Assembly (NCBI RefSeq): GCF_026210795.1 | Contig: NC_089429.1 | Span: forward strand, 4,898,001 to 4,962,000 | Direction of reading: 5' to 3' | From: Rhizophagus irregularis | Lineage: Eukaryota | DNA: 64,000 nt | Shown: positions 13,535 through 27,628 of the stretch, one piece after another | Layout of the letters: each line of letters begins with the position of its first letter | How positions within the stretch are numbered: the first letter of the stretch is position 1 | Made by a program: the position numbers and the translations under genes | Notes under the pieces: generated by a model | Seen by the model: only the letters and a program-made list of their open reading frames with translations | Told to the model about the DNA's origin: nothing | The model's database searches: none

Positions 13535-13625
13535 AGAAGTATGGAATTTACCATCAAAACTTCATCCAGTAGTAATATTGAAATATCCTGGCCGCTTTCG
13601 AATTCAACCTCATAAAAAAAATTAG
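13535..13625 (+). pseudogene. 3'-terminal fragment of a BTB-SPRY paralog
   Basis: Encodes WNLPSKLHPVVILKYPGRFRIQPHKKN*, followed by the family's conserved 3' flank. Confidence 0.9.
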
Positions 13626-14539
13626 ATCATAGTATCATTAACTATTTCTTAAAAATATACTATCACTTATTTTGAATTAAATTATATTCATTAATTATTT
13701 ATTAGGGTGAACAAGTTGACAATATAAAAATATGTGAATAGAAGCTAACGAATTTTACATGTTAGCCGAGTAAAATAAGTCATAGGTTTTTATAAAATCA
13801 AATTTGTTGGCAATAAATAAGAATAATCAATAATATAAATATCAAGTCACGCTTCATTTTTCAAAAATTATATTTAGAACGGTTACAAAATTACCTTATT
13901 TGCGATCTTCATAATCACGTCTGAGAATATCTTAATCTTAAGGACTAAATATGATATAAAGGCAAAACCAGATATTATTAAATAATTGTTGGACAAATTT
14001 ATACTGAATTCAAAGATTTTCTTGATGGTCCAGGTTTGAAAGGTGGTTAAATAATGACTAAATATTTCCGAAGTACAATACACAATACAAATTAAATTTG
14101 TAAAAATCTTGCTTTGCTTTGATCTACTATATATGAATATTCTACAAATTTCTATATCCATCAAGGTTCCAAATGATATTGTTTTGTTGAATAGACATAA
14201 GGTTTGGAATATTCATTAACTACATCGTGAGATTAGTATCCATAAAACAGCATACTAAATTTAGACCTTAAAAACGTGCTACTGTGATAATCAGTAATAT
14301 AGCGATTAACATTTTAAAAATTTACTAAATAAATAAAAATGATATAATATATAAATCATAATGAGTCACGTTCATGTGGTTTTAATTCTGTACAATATTC
14401 TCAATATAAGTATGTCTATATATAGTTTATCTAGTTTATCTGTATATTCATTCCATTTACAACTTATATCTAATATCAAAGAGCTAGTTTTTATATAATC
14501 TGAAATTTTGTAATATAATGAATCATACTATAAAAAATA

Positions 14540-16885
14540 TCTATCTAATTAATAAAATTTTGTCATATTTAGATTACCCTGTATAGTAAATAATTTGAAT
14601 TGTGTAACATTGAAAAGTGTGATATTCTTGCGTCCGATCTCTATTTCGTATTATTTATCATCAAGGAAATTTGATTGACCTTCCTTACTACGATAACCAA
14701 TCTTTAAACTAATACATTTCCAGTTAACTAAAATTTTACTGGATTTTTTTATTCTGATGGATTAATACTAACAAAAAAAAGTATAATTTTTCTTATTAAT
14801 TGCATTTTACTTGTGATCATTCCACCCTCCTAATTACCACGACTAAACGTATGACTAATCATTTCTATAATAATAATTTTTTTTATTTTTCAGTTTTTAC
14901 CGTAAAGACCAAAACTAACCTTAGTCTTCTTTTTTATTGATTTTTTCATCCCTCTTTTTATTATTATTATTTCTTTTGGTTAACTTAACCAAGTTTTTTT
15001 TTATTTTTTTTTTGTTTTATTTTTATTGGATTTTTTTTAGGATTTTTACTTGGGGGTGATCACCACTGTTGGCCAGAATTATCAATTTTTACCGGCACTA
15101 TATTTTTTTAATGCTGGTCAATCGTCATAATTTCAGTCACCGGTGATCATCAGGTGATAGTTAGAAAAATTCTTTTTTTTTTGATTTTTTTAATCGGGAA
15201 TTTATCAAATGGAATTTTTTTTTAACCCAAAAAATATTGTTTATTCTTTTTTGGTTTGGTTCAAGACAATAATCAGATTATAACTATATCCTACAGCTTT
15301 TTCGGTGAAGATTTTTTCAATGGATGGGTATTGTTCTGACTAATAAATCCGCATGAAAATTTTTTTTTGATGATATTAACGAATTTTTTTTTAGTGAGAT
15401 TGTTTTTAATTATATAGATCATATAAATAATTAGAATTATGTAACTTGAAATCCCCATACCATATAATTAAAACCCATGACATGCCTCCGTCTGATCTAT
15501 TTATGGTCAAAAATTATTCAATCCGTGTGTTAATCGGAATTTTTTTTTTTTGATTATTAATTAATTCAAATATTTTTAGCTTTTTTTGATTTCATTTTTT
15601 TTAAACTGAAAAAAATTTTTTCTCCCTTTTCTTCTTTTGGTTTTTTTCAAACTGAAAATTTTATTTTTTCTCATTCTTTCCGATTTATGTTTAATTGTTT
15701 TTCCAAACTGAAAATTTTTTTTTTATTAAATAATCCTATTGTTTCGGTCTTTTAAGACCGATATTTTTTATATTATTTTTTTTTTGATCTTTTTTTTAGA
15801 CTGTATTGTTATTTAAAAAAATTTTTTTTTTGGAATTTTTTTTCGATACTTATTTTTTTTGATTCCTTTTTTTTTTATTTTTTTTAAACCGATTTCTTTC
15901 TTTATCCTTTTTTTTCCCCAAAATTTTTTTTTTAATTATTACTTTTTTAGGAAAATTGATAATGGTTAGTCGAAAAATAATTAGCCGCAACGTGATCTCA
16001 GGCGTAGATCGTCATGGAATTCCAGGTGATTTCTTAATAAGCTGGAAAGACTCACTCGGTGGAAATTGACGGATTGCACCTATCCCATTACCATCAATTC
16101 CATATTTGCTAATGACCGATGTTAATAGAAAGATGATTAAGATTTTTCAATTAAATTGAACACTGGATAAATAATTTGATTTTCAAATTCATAAAAATCA
16201 AAAAAAATTGATATTTTTACAATATTTTATAATAAATTAATTAAAGAAATTGTTGATTTAATAATAGATTATTTTAACCAAATCCACATCCGAAATTCAC
16301 CAGATTTTTGAATAAAGATTTTAATTCAAATTGTTTAGTTAAATTAATAATTCATCGAGTAAAATGAGTAACAAAAGAATAATAATAAATGAAATGAACA
16401 GATTCTAATACATTTAATTGTTCAAATATTTTTCCTAAGTTTATTATAAGTTTAAGATTGATGTAATATAAAATAATAAGAAATAATTATAAAATTTATA
16501 ATTAATTAATAAAATATTTGTAGTATTTTCATAATATTAAAGTTTTTTCGAAAATACTTCTAAAAAATTAATCAATTTTTATTGATAATTATTTTTCATA
16601 ATTCCCTAATTTCATTCTACATACAAACGTCAAATTATTAATATAAATAGCTACATTATTGTAAATATAATTTATATCATTCTAATATACAGTATTATAA
16701 ATATAATTTAATACATATTAATTTATTATTTTTTGTTAACTAATTATTACCTATATTAAATTCCTAATTATAAACAAAAACTACTGTAACCATTCTTTAA
16801 TTTACTTAGTATTACATTATAATACTAAATTTTTCTATTTAAACAAACTCATTGGTCCCGGTGCGAAGCAACGGGTGACTGCTAG
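14540..16885 (+). mobile_element. Non-autonomous Helitron (2346 bp)
   Basis: 5' TCTATCTAAT. 3' hairpin CCCGGTGC-GAA-GCAACGGG (16857-16875) then CTAG (16882-16885). Inserted between A and T with no TSD. Empty site AATA|TATTTTATTAAATATT in the paralogous block at ~27034. Confidence 0.92.
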
Positions 16886-17348
16886 TATTTTATTAAATAT
16901 TTGCTTTTAATAGAACTACATTGTTATATTTTCTCATATGGATAAAGTTCAAAAAAAATTTACCACCAATAGTTCTAAGCAAAAATATTAAATTTTTTTA
17001 TATTTTATTTATTCATGCAGAATGTAACGAATATGTATGGTAAAGATTAAAATTTAGATTATTAAGATATGAAAATCAAGAATGATTAATGATATAGTAA
17101 ATTAACATAAAAAATAACAATATTGAATTAAAAAGTTTACATTAAGCTTCAAACTTAAAAACTAATCAAAAAAAAAAACAAAATCTATCTTATTTAATGA
17201 AATATTATGATGAACATTTAAGTATTAGCTTATAATTCTAAATAAATTTAATATTTAGACAAATTTTTTTTATCTGCATTATCTGTATGAAGAATTTAAT
17301 TGATAAAAATTAAATTTCCAAATTCGAAAGTATTTTATTATCAGAACT

Positions 17349-17445
17349 ATGACGAAGGCGCAGTTAAAGTTTCAAATGATATACGTCATCATACAATCAA
17401 TTTCCTTTTTAAATATAGTTTTGCATAACATAGTACAAAATATTG
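17349..17445 (+). promoter_or_regulatory. Conserved upstream motif of BTB-SPRY genes (TGAYGAAGGCGCAG...AAATGATATACGTCA...TTTCCTTTTT...CATAACATAGTACAAA)
   Basis: Same block about 150-260 bp upstream of each ATG: ~23798, 27461, ~31798, ~35123, ~53688, and an orphan copy at ~58355. Confidence 0.7.
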
Positions 17446-17522
17446 CAAATTATATAAATATTGCTTTTCATTCCAAAAATAGGTAGGTTTATTGTTTAAT
17501 TATTTTTTCTTTAAAAAAAAAA

Positions 17523-18908
17523 ATGACGAAAGGACTGTCTCTAGAACAAGATTTAAGATTATTAATAAATAATCCAAAATATAGTGATATAGAAATTTTA
17601 TGTGAAGATGAAAAGAAATTACATGCTTGTAGAGCAATTTTAGCTGCAAGGTCCGAAGTATTTGATAAATTACTTTATAATGGGATGAAGGAAACTTATG
17701 AAAATCAAATTTCTTTTCCAAAAATTAATTCTGCTGGAATGGAAATTATATTAGAATATATTTATACTGGATCAGTTAAAAAAGAATCTTTAACAAAAGA
17801 TAATTTAATTGAAGCTTTTTTCGCTGCACATTATTTTCAGTTATCAGACCTTCAAGATTTAATTATGAAAACAATTAATAACACTAATTTCGTAAAAGAT
17901 TATTCTCCAGAGTTACTATCTAAAGTATCAGAAACAGAATCAGTAACAGAAGATAACATTATTCTCAATTTATTAGTTGAAACAGTAGCAAATATACCAT
18001 TAAACAATATTGAGTTTGGTAGATTGTCTATTACAGGTCTTAAATATCTTTTATCTATTACATATGAAAATGAAACACCATTCGCTACCCAAGAGTATGA
18101 AGTTTTTCGATATAGTGCAATTCTAGCAGCAAAACAAGTCTCTGATAATACATACAGAAATCTTATGGAACGGTTACCAACTTTAGAACAAATTGAAAAT
18201 TCAATTGAAGTAGAAAAAAAACTTTTTATTGATCATCAACAAGTTACTAAGGAACTAGAACCTTTGGTTAAATATATTGATTTCAAAAGGATTAAGACTC
18301 ATATATTAGCCAATTTCATTGAACCATTAGGAATTATTCCAACTGAAATAGTTTGTAATGCTTATCGAAATATAGCATTATTAAGTAATTTTAGTTTAAG
18401 TGATTTTCGTAACGAATCCGATTATGTTTGGGATGAGACAGCATGTGGGTCAAAGCTCATTATTAAGGATAACGGAAAAATTGTACAAGCACTAGAAGAT
18501 TGTAGCTCACACCTCCAAAGTGTTGGGGCTAAGATAACTTTAGAAAATAAAGGCATTTTTAAGTGGGATGTTATTATTGAGAGAGCTTGTACACATTCTT
18601 GGGTTGGAATATGTGCTTCAGAAAATTTTAATTATGAAATTCCTGCAGGAAAGCAATCTACTGGATGGGTATTAGGTTCTAGTGGTAACTGCCGTAATTC
18701 CGATACTACCATAAAAAATTATTGCCCATCATTTGGAGATGGCACAAAAATTACAGTTCATCTAGATATGAATAAAAAGACTTGCTATTTTACTGTTAAT
18801 GGTATAAAGTATCCAGAAATATGGAACAATTTACCATCAAAACTTTATCCAGTAGTGTCAATAAAATTTCCAGGCCGCCTTCGAATTCAACCTCATAAAA
18901 GAATCTGA
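17523..18908 (+). CDS. BTB/POZ + helical (BACK-like) + SPRY/B30.2-like protein, 461 aa
   Basis: BTB motif SDIEIL...HACRAILAARSEVF...LEYIYTG...AAHYFQL; SPRY motif GIFKWDV...WVGIC...GDGTKITVHLDM...LYPVVS; single uninterrupted ORF. Confidence 0.95.
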   Translation: MTKGLSLEQDLRLLINNPKYSDIEILCEDEKKLHACRAILAARSEVFDKLLYNGMKETYENQISFPKINSAGMEIILEYIYTGSVKKESLTKDNLIEAFFAAHYFQLSDLQDLIMKTINNTNFVKDYSPELLSKVSETESVTEDNIILNLLVETVANIPLNNIEFGRLSITGLKYLLSITYENETPFATQEYEVFRYSAILAAKQVSDNTYRNLMERLPTLEQIENSIEVEKKLFIDHQQVTKELEPLVKYIDFKRIKTHILANFIEPLGIIPTEIVCNAYRNIALLSNFSLSDFRNESDYVWDETACGSKLIIKDNGKIVQALEDCSSHLQSVGAKITLENKGIFKWDVIIERACTHSWVGICASENFNYEIPAGKQSTGWVLGSSGNCRNSDTTIKNYCPSFGDGTKITVHLDMNKKTCYFTVNGIKYPEIWNNLPSKLYPVVSIKFPGRLRIQPHKRI

Positions 18909-19569
18909 ACATATTAGAAATATTATACCATTATTTCTAAATAAATAATATATTTGTAGGAAAACAATTAAAGTATATTTATTAATTATTTATTAAGGTG
19001 AACAAATTTCCAATATAGAAATGTGTGAATTATTTATTATAGGTTAACTATTTTTACATGTTAGTCGAGCAAAATAAATTATAGGTTTTTGTAAAATCAA
19101 AATGATACATGATATATGTGATATTCTTCTGGTAAAAATAAGAATGTTCAATGATAATATAACTATCAAGCCACGACTCATTTTTTGAAAATTGTTTAGA
19201 ACGGTTACAATGACGACGTCTTCGTTGAATCTTATTGTTGGGAATATCTTAAATTTTAACTTAAGGACTAAATATGTTATGAAGACCTAAATAAATATTA
19301 TTAATAATCGTTGGACAAATTTAAAATTAGTAGATAGTGATAGTTCAGATCAAATAACGACTAAATATTACTGGAGCACAACACAATACAAATTAAGTTT
19401 GTAAAAGTTTCACTTTGATTTATAAATGAATAATTTTCAAATTTCTACGTCCATTAAGATTTAAAATGATATTGTTTTATTGAATATACAAATTATTCAG
19501 ACCTAAGATTTAATTTCATCGTAAGATTATCCATAAAACAATTATTGAAGTTATTTTTTTTTTTCTTAA

Positions 19570-20238
19570 TTGACGATCCGCGAGTCAACTAGAGAAATTA
19601 CATATAAAATTTGACGCAGATCATATACTAATTTGTCGTAATACGCTGACTTTAATGATTTCTGATGTGACAAAAACTATAAGCATAGTTTACTAAAAAT
19701 AACACAAACAATAAAGTAAATGTCACACTTTTATTTTTCAAAGCCACCAAGCGTAAAACTTTTTTTTGACGAAGTTTACCTTGGAAGCACGCGGCATTTA
19801 CTATGTTATTAGGTAAACTAAGGTTTTAAAAGTACAAATTATGGAAATTTTTTTATATTTCACTAAAATTTCATGCATATTTGCTTTATTTTTGATATAT
19901 TTTATAAGTAAACTATGCTGCAATAACTTCTAACCTGACAAATTCAAATCTTTTTCACACTCATTATACAAGTGATATGGTATGATAAAGCTAGTTTTTG
20001 TCTTTCAAATCTCAGATCTCTTAGAAATTGGACTTTTTCCAACGTTACATTATGGTTTTTTTGCATGAGATTGGTAAGAAAACTGTGGAAAACCATTTCA
20101 TTAAAGCAAAATGGCGTTATTTAAACATTTGGCTAGCGAAATTCATGAACAACTCCACATTCAGAAATGCGGCTTTTAATTAATAAATTTCCGTCAAATT
20201 TTATTATCGTTTTCGCTACTTGACTCGCGGATCACCAA
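19570..20238. mobile_element. Non-autonomous TIR element flanked by TTAA
   Basis: Imperfect ~45-bp TIRs (TTGACGATCCGCGAGTCAACTAG / CTACTTGACTCGCGGATCACCAA). Absent from paralogous flanks at ~10740 and ~29805. Confidence 0.85.
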
Positions 20239-21929
20239 TTAATTTATTAAACATTAGTGGTTTAGTACAACATATTTAAAATATTTAAAGTTTTTTCTTA
20301 AATTTAGTAATTATTTTATTGGACATCACAAATCTTTTGGTAAGATCTGTTTTTTAAAAAAATTATTATATTAACATTAAAAATTTCTTGAAATGGCAAA
20401 TATCAGATACACTTTTGGAAAAGAAAATGAAAATAATACTTCCAAATCCTCGTTATCAGAAAAATAAATGAAAATTTTTACAAATTATTAAAGAGTTTTT
20501 TTAATATTATTATATCAGATATGATTTATTGCGTTAAAAATATTAAATATGAAAAATTAATAATAAAAATTGAGTAACCATTCATGGATCATTTATTTAT
20601 TTAAAGAGAATCTTTCTAAATGATAAAAAGTTCTGATGAGAGAAAGAGATTTATAATAGAAAGTTTAACAGGGATTATAAGTGAACTGGTTAAAGCGTAC
20701 TAATCAAATTTAAACATTAAAAATAATGATACTGTGATTGAGGTGACTGATTAAAAATTTAATATAATGATAATAATGAGGAGTTCATTTCGTAAGCATA
20801 AAATTACTGACGTTCAAATTTAGCATTTCAATTTCAAGTCAATACGTAAATAATGTTAAGTTGTTACGTTAAATGATCTATGTTTAATTAAAGTTAAAAT
20901 AAACTATAAGCATTTGATAACAATACATTCCAAAAATGTTTTCATTATAGAATAATGACAAAATACAGAAATTTTTTTTTAAAAAAATTTCTTTCTACTG
21001 TAGTATGTCACAAAAAAATGTGTAATTTCTAACTTTCTATTGTCAATTAATAAAAACATATAATAACTCCAATTTGGATAAAAAACTTTGCCTATATAAA
21101 GCTAATAATATGAACAACATTAACCTTTTACTAGATTGGCTGCTTTCTTACGTGTATGTATTGTAAAAATTGAGAAAAATGAATTTTTGATATGAAATTT
21201 TGCAACAATTCAGACTACAAGCAAGAGAGATAGTTAATATTTTTTTTATTATATTTCTTAAATTTAAGTGATTACGTAGTGAAACGATATAGAAAATAAG
21301 AGAAAGGGAGTAGAAAGAGCGAGGGAAAGAGGGAAAGGTAACAAAAGGAAAAGAGAGAAACGAGAGAAGAGCAGGAATACTCAAACATACGCACCACCAA
21401 CTCACACTCCCAACCTAATAAAAGTTGCAAAAAATGGAGCCGAAGAGAAAACTTAATAAAAAGAAAAAAGACCTAAAGAAGACCTGAAGAAAAGAGAAGA
21501 GAAAAGAAGACAGAGATGAGTTACGAATTATTCAACCATGTTTTAATCGAAAAATGAGACATACTTATATTATTTATATTATATACTCATAACAATTTTT
21601 TGCATGAGTGATATATCTAACTTATGATGGCCTATATATCAAATGAGTAATTTTTAATTTTATAAATTTATATTTATATTCAGATTTTCCATCAAATTTT
21701 TACAGCTATCAGTACATTAGATTAATTACAATTTTATTTTATGTTTTTTATTAATAAAAATACATTACTTAAATCTATTTAAAATTATTTAAACAATGCA
21801 TGTTTTTTGCTTTAATTATAGTACACACTAGACTTTGATATCCAAAGATCTTATTATTCTATAATCCGAAGTTCTGTATAGTCTAATTTTTGATTAATAA
21901 CTTTAATATGTAATATGTCTACGTACTAG

Positions 21930-22420
21930 ATAATTTCAGTATAATTAATTTCATTAGAAAATAAGGGTGGATTTTTTTGTTAAAGAAATTTACCAGAAGA
22001 TGCTTTTGACAGGAAGATCTTTTTTTTTTTTTTTAAAAAAAAGAATTTTTATAAATAATTTTGCTGAGATTTTTTTTATTTGTCATTGTAGAATTTTTTT
22101 TTTGATAATTTTGTTGGTTGAAAAGTTTGTCTTTTTTTGATAGAAGTCTTTTAATAGAAAATTTATTGAAAATAATTTTTTTTTAATAAGGGTATTGAGA
22201 ATTTTGACTTGAAAATTTTTTCAGTCGTTAGAGATCTGTTAGAGATCTTTTATAAAAATTTATCGGAAATTTATTATACTATTATATTTTGGATTAATAT
22301 ATATTTATTATTATTTCTATTAACTAATTATTATAGTAAACTATATACAATCTATTAGTATTATATAATAACTAATCTTTTTCTATGTACATATTTTGCG
22401 AAGCAATGGGTTACTGCTAG
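21930..22420 (+). mobile_element. Degenerate Helitron 3' portion
   Basis: Ends in TGCGAAGCAATGGGTTACTGCTAG, matching the 16862-16885 terminus. The T-rich body resembles 30700-31550 and 12325-12830. Confidence 0.7.
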
Positions 22421-22571
22421 TTATATAATAAATATTGAATTAAAAAGTTTAAAATGAAAACCAATTAAAATAATTCTTTGTTTAATAAAAGATTATGATG
22501 GAACTTTTGAGTATTCATAATTCTAATATTCAGTTAATTCAATAATTATTGTCTCATTATATATGAGGAAA

Positions 22572-23795
22572 CGATGTAGGCGTAACCTGTCGTGTTGTAC
22601 CTGGGATGATATTTGCCCATCAAGTAAGAAAGTAATAATAACACACTTATATTTTATTTGCCATGCAGTGTGAATAGGTCTAATTTTTTACTGTTATCAT
22701 GATGGCATTAGTAGGAAATAAAAGTAATAATTACACAATTTATATGATTATACAAATAACAATGAATTGTGTGCAAGTGTTATACAGTATATGAAATATT
22801 ATTAATACATGCAAATTTTATTTATTAATGTTGCAGTACTGTGAAATTTACAAATTCATTACGAAACAATTTGTATGAGTTACAAAAAAAAATCTTTTTT
22901 TTTTATCTTAAAAAATTCCATTGTAGCATTAAAAAAAATTACATCCTCCAGAAAAAAAAAACATCTCACCGATTAATATGAAAAAAAAATTCCCAGAAAA
23001 ATTAATTATAACGATCTATTGTTACAAAAAATAAATAAATAAGTAATTAGTTAGTCTATTAATGAGCTTGATACAAACCGTGATGTTGTATTATTGATCT
23101 GATCACTGATTCAAACCTAAATGGTGAAAGAATGTATTCAGGAAAAAAAATTCAGTTTAAAAGAAAAAAAGCCAAACTGAAAAAGGAAATGGCCAATGGG
23201 AAAAAATTTTTGGATTGGAAAAAAAGCCAACCGGAAAAAAAACAAAAAAAAAATCGAAAAAAATAAAAATGAAAAAAAAATTTGTGGGGAGGGATAAAGA
23301 AAAAATTAGGTTGAAAAAAGAACCGAAAAAGAAAAATAAAGAAAAATAAAAAAAATTTAAAAAAAAAAAAAAAAAAAAATTCGTGAGAAAAGAGTTTTTT
23401 TTTAAAAAAAAATAAGTACCGAAAAAAATTCTGAAAAATAGGACAATAATTCGGTCCAAAAAGACCGAAAAAATAATTCAAAAAAAAATTAATAATATGG
23501 TCTAAAAAAAAAGAACGAAAAAATAATGTCTTAAAAGTTAAAAGATTATTTAATAAAAATAAAATAATAATAAATTTTCGGTTTGAAAAAAAAACAAAAA
23601 AAAAAAAGAGAAAAAGGAAAAAAAAAACGAAAAATTTGTAAAAAAGAAAAGAAAAAGGTGTTTCGAAAGAGAAAAGTGGAAATTTGAAAAAAAGAAAGAA
23701 CCATTTGTAAACATAACTTGTCGATCAAGCGGGTCTTAACTGTAAAGAATACGGATCAGAATTATATTGATTGATTGATATTGATTCGATAATCA
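22572..23795 (-). mobile_element. Composite insertion upstream of the pseudogene; A-rich part is an inverted Helitron-internal-like segment
   Basis: Absent from the paralogous upstream region (31735-31800). TTCGGTCCAAAAAGACCGAAA (~23450) is the reverse complement of a motif similar to TTTCGGTCTTTTAAGACCGA (~15742). Confidence 0.5.
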
Positions 23796-23961
23796 AATGA
23801 TGAAGACGCAGCTAAAAGTTTCAAATGATATACGTCAACAATTTCCTTTTTTAATATAGTTTTTGCATAACATAGTACAAATTACACAAATTACATAAAT
23901 ATCGGCTTTTTCAATCCAAAAATAGATTCATTGTTTTAATTTTTTTTTTAAAAAAAAAAAA

Positions 23962-25432
23962 ATGACGAAAGGACTGTCTCTAAAACAAGATTTAAGATTA
24001 TTAATAAATAATCGTGGTATAGAATTTTTATGTGAAGATGAAAAGAAATTACATGCTTATAGAGCAATTTTAGCTGCAAGATCCGAAGTATTTAATAAGT
24101 TACTTTATAATGGGATGAAGGAAACTTATGAAAATCAAATTTCTTTTCCAAAAATTAATTCTGCTGGAATGGAGATTATATTAGAATATATTTATACTGG
24201 ATCAGTTAAAAGAGAATCTTTAACAAAAGATAATACAATTGAAGCTTTTTTATTTTCAATTATCAGTCCTTCAAGATTTTATTATGAAAACCATTAAGAG
24301 TACTAATTTGCAAAAAATTATTCTCCAGAGTTACTATCTAAAGTATCAGAAACAGTGCCGTTAACGGAAGATAATATTATTCTCAATTTATTAGTTGAAA
24401 CAGTAGCAAACATACCATTAATCAGTATTGAGTTTGGTAGATTGTCCATTACAGGCCTTAAATATCTTTTATCTATTACATATAAAAATGAAACATAATT
24501 CGCTACCCGAGAGTATATATATCAATTTTAGCAGCAAAACAAATCTCTGATGATGTATGTAGAGATCTTATGGAACAGTTACCAACTTTAGATCAGATTG
24601 AAAATAGAAATCTTACGATTGAAAATTCAATTGAAGTAGAAAATAAACTTCTTAATGATCATCAAAAGGTTACTAAAGAACTAGAACCTTTGGTTAAATA
24701 TATTGATTTCAAAAGGATTAAGACTCATATACTGTATTAGCCAATATCATTGAGTTATTAGAAATTATTCCAACTGAAATAGTTTATGGTGCTTATCGAA
24801 ATATAGCATTATTAAGTAATTTTAACTTAGGTGATTTTGGTGGAAAAGCTATTAATGAATTCGATTATGTGCGGGATGAGACATTGAGACAGCATGTGAG
24901 TCAAGCTCATTATTAATATGTAATATTACTACAAATATCTACAACTTATAAAAGCCTAGCACCAGATACTGTATAAAAAGTTATCTTAAAAATTTGCCAG
25001 AAAATGTTATTAAGGATAACAGAAAAATTGTACAAGCACTAGAAAATTGTAGCTCACACCAAAGTGTTAGAGCTAAGATAACTTTAGAAAATAGAGGCAT
25101 TTTTGTATGAGATGTTATTATTGAGAAAGCATGTGCACATTCTTGTTTGGAGTATGTGTATTTGAATATAATTTTGCAGAAAATCAACCTACTGGGTGGG
25201 TATTACTAGTGCCATAATTCTGATACTACCATAAAAGATTATTGCCCATCAATTGGAGATGACACAGAAATTACAGTTCATTTGGATATTAATAAGAGAA
25301 TTTGCTCTTTTATGATCAATGGTATAAAGTATTAAGAAGTATCAGAATGGAATTTGCCATCAAACATTCTCCAATAGTATCATTGAGATACTATCCTGAT
25401 CACTTTCAAATTCAATCTCATAAAAAAATTAG
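23962..25432 (+). pseudogene. Full-length BTB-SPRY pseudogene
   Basis: Colinear with paralogs but has deletions (~24010, ~24250, ~24515), frameshifts, stops and a ~95-bp insertion at ~24915-25010. Confidence 0.92.
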
Positions 25433-27628
25433 AACATAGTAGAAATAATGTTGTATCATTAATTTTTTTCTTACATTATATTTACTAATTTTGAATTAGA
25501 GTATATTCATTAGTTATTTATTTTGGTGAACAAGTTGAAAATATAAAATATGTGAATGGTTTATTAGAGGTTAACAAATTTTACATGATGTTAGCCTAGT
25601 AAAATAAATAATTTGTCAATGATACATGAACATATGTGTTATGTTTGGTAATAAATAAGAATAATCAATAATATAACTATTAGGTCACGATTTATTTTTT
25701 GAGGATACAAAATTAGTTAAATGACCTTATTTGTGATCGTCATAATCACATCGTCATTGAATCTTAAAAAATGTTGAGAATTATCTTAGATCTTAAGGAT
25801 TAAATACAGTATGTTATGAAGGCCTACAAATATTATCCAATTAGACTGAATTCAAAATTCGTAGATGATAGTTAACATTTCTCACTTGAATGGTTAAATA
25901 ACGGCTAAACACATATATCATGGATAGCTCCCCCATGGAAACTTGCCTCTTGTTATTCTTTATATATTTTATGAAATAAAAAAAATTTATTTTTAAAATT
26001 CTATAACTGATAAAGTATAAAATTTCTTATATTGTTTACAGTATTATTTAATAAAAATATAATAAAAAAAAATATAATAAAACTATTTTTTTTTTTTAAT
26101 TATTAAAATATACCGAAATAGATTACATAATTTTCTAAAATAAATTACAAAAAATAAAATTAACCCTATAACAAACCGATTAAATTAAATACAATTATTT
26201 ACAATGAAAACTATATATATGTAATCTATCTATGCTATACTAAACCAAATATGACAAGAAAAAGCAATATATTAAAGTTAAAAAAACTAAAAATTTTCAA
26301 TATAATGTTTAACATGTTTGTTTTTTATTCTTTTATTCTTGTCTTTAAGGTTCTTCTTCTCCGTTACTTCTGAATCTTCGTCTTCTTTCTCTTTAAATCC
26401 TTTTATACCGTCCGATAAATGTCAAAAAATATTTTATTTCCATTGTCTTTTTACTATAACTATTAAGTCCTTTTGAATTTTTTCGCAATGTCTTGCTTTT
26501 TTATTAAAGTTAATTGTTACACAAAATCAACCACTTGATGGTCCTGGTTTGAATAATTCTGGAGGGTGGTTAAATAATTTCCGAAATACAATACACAACA
26601 CAAATTAAATTTGTAAAAAAGCCTTGCTTTGATCTATACTGTGTATGAATATTCTTCAAATTTCTATATCCATCAAGGTTTCAAATGATATTGATTTGTT
26701 CAATATACATAAGGTTCTAGAATATTCAAACTTAAGATTTAACTAGTATATCATGAGATTATCCATAAAACACAATTTAAACTTAATAATGTTCTACTGT
26801 GATAATCCAGTAATATAGAGATTATATTGACGTTTAAATATGGTATTTCAATTTTAAAGTTTGGCTTTAATTCTATATAATGTTTTCAATATAAATATGT
26901 CTATGTAATTTATCTGTATATTCATTTAATTTACAATTTATATCTAATATTTTCTTTAACTTTTTAAAGTACAACTAAAATTTGATTATATAATCTGAAA
27001 TTTTGTAATATAATGAATCATACTGTAAACAATATATTTTATTAAATATTTATTCTAAAAAAATACTAGTTCCAAGCAAGAATGTTTAAATTTTTTTATA
27101 TTTTCTTTAGTGGCTAAATAATCATGATAAAGATTAAATTTTAGATTATTAAGATATGAAGAATCAAGAATGATGAATGATATAGTAAATTAACCTGAAA
27201 AATAACAATATTGAATTAAAAAGTTTATATTAAACTTCAACTTATCAAAAAAAAAAAAATTTTATCTTATTTAATGAAATATTATGATTGAACATTTAAG
27301 TATTTATAATTCTAAATAAATTTAATATTTTATGCAATCAGTTAATTCAAAATTATTCATATATGAGAGACAAAAATTTTTTTATCTGGATTATATGTAT
27401 GAAGAATTTAATCAATAAGTTTTAAGTTTCCAAATTCGAAAGTATTTTATTATCAGAACTATGACGTAGGCGCAGTTAAATTTTCAAATGATATACGTCA
27501 TCATACAATCAATTTCCTTTTTAATTATAGTTTTGCATAACATAGTACAAAATAGTGCAAATTATATAAATATTGCTTTTCAATCCAAAAATAGGTTCAT
27601 CGTTTAATTTTTTTTTTTTAAAAAAAAA

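Noticed and set aside
9497..13625. Diversity-generating retroelement (template/variable repeat) explanation for SPRY variation
   Set aside because: No DGR-type RT in the window, and the differences are not confined to adenines and include indels.
21280..21520. Purine-rich tract as a gene or regulatory RNA
   Set aside because: Part of an unclassified insertion; no termini, credible ORF or structure could be supported.
23152..23728. Phe-rich ORFs
   Set aside because: Translations of poly-A/T low-complexity repeat sequence.
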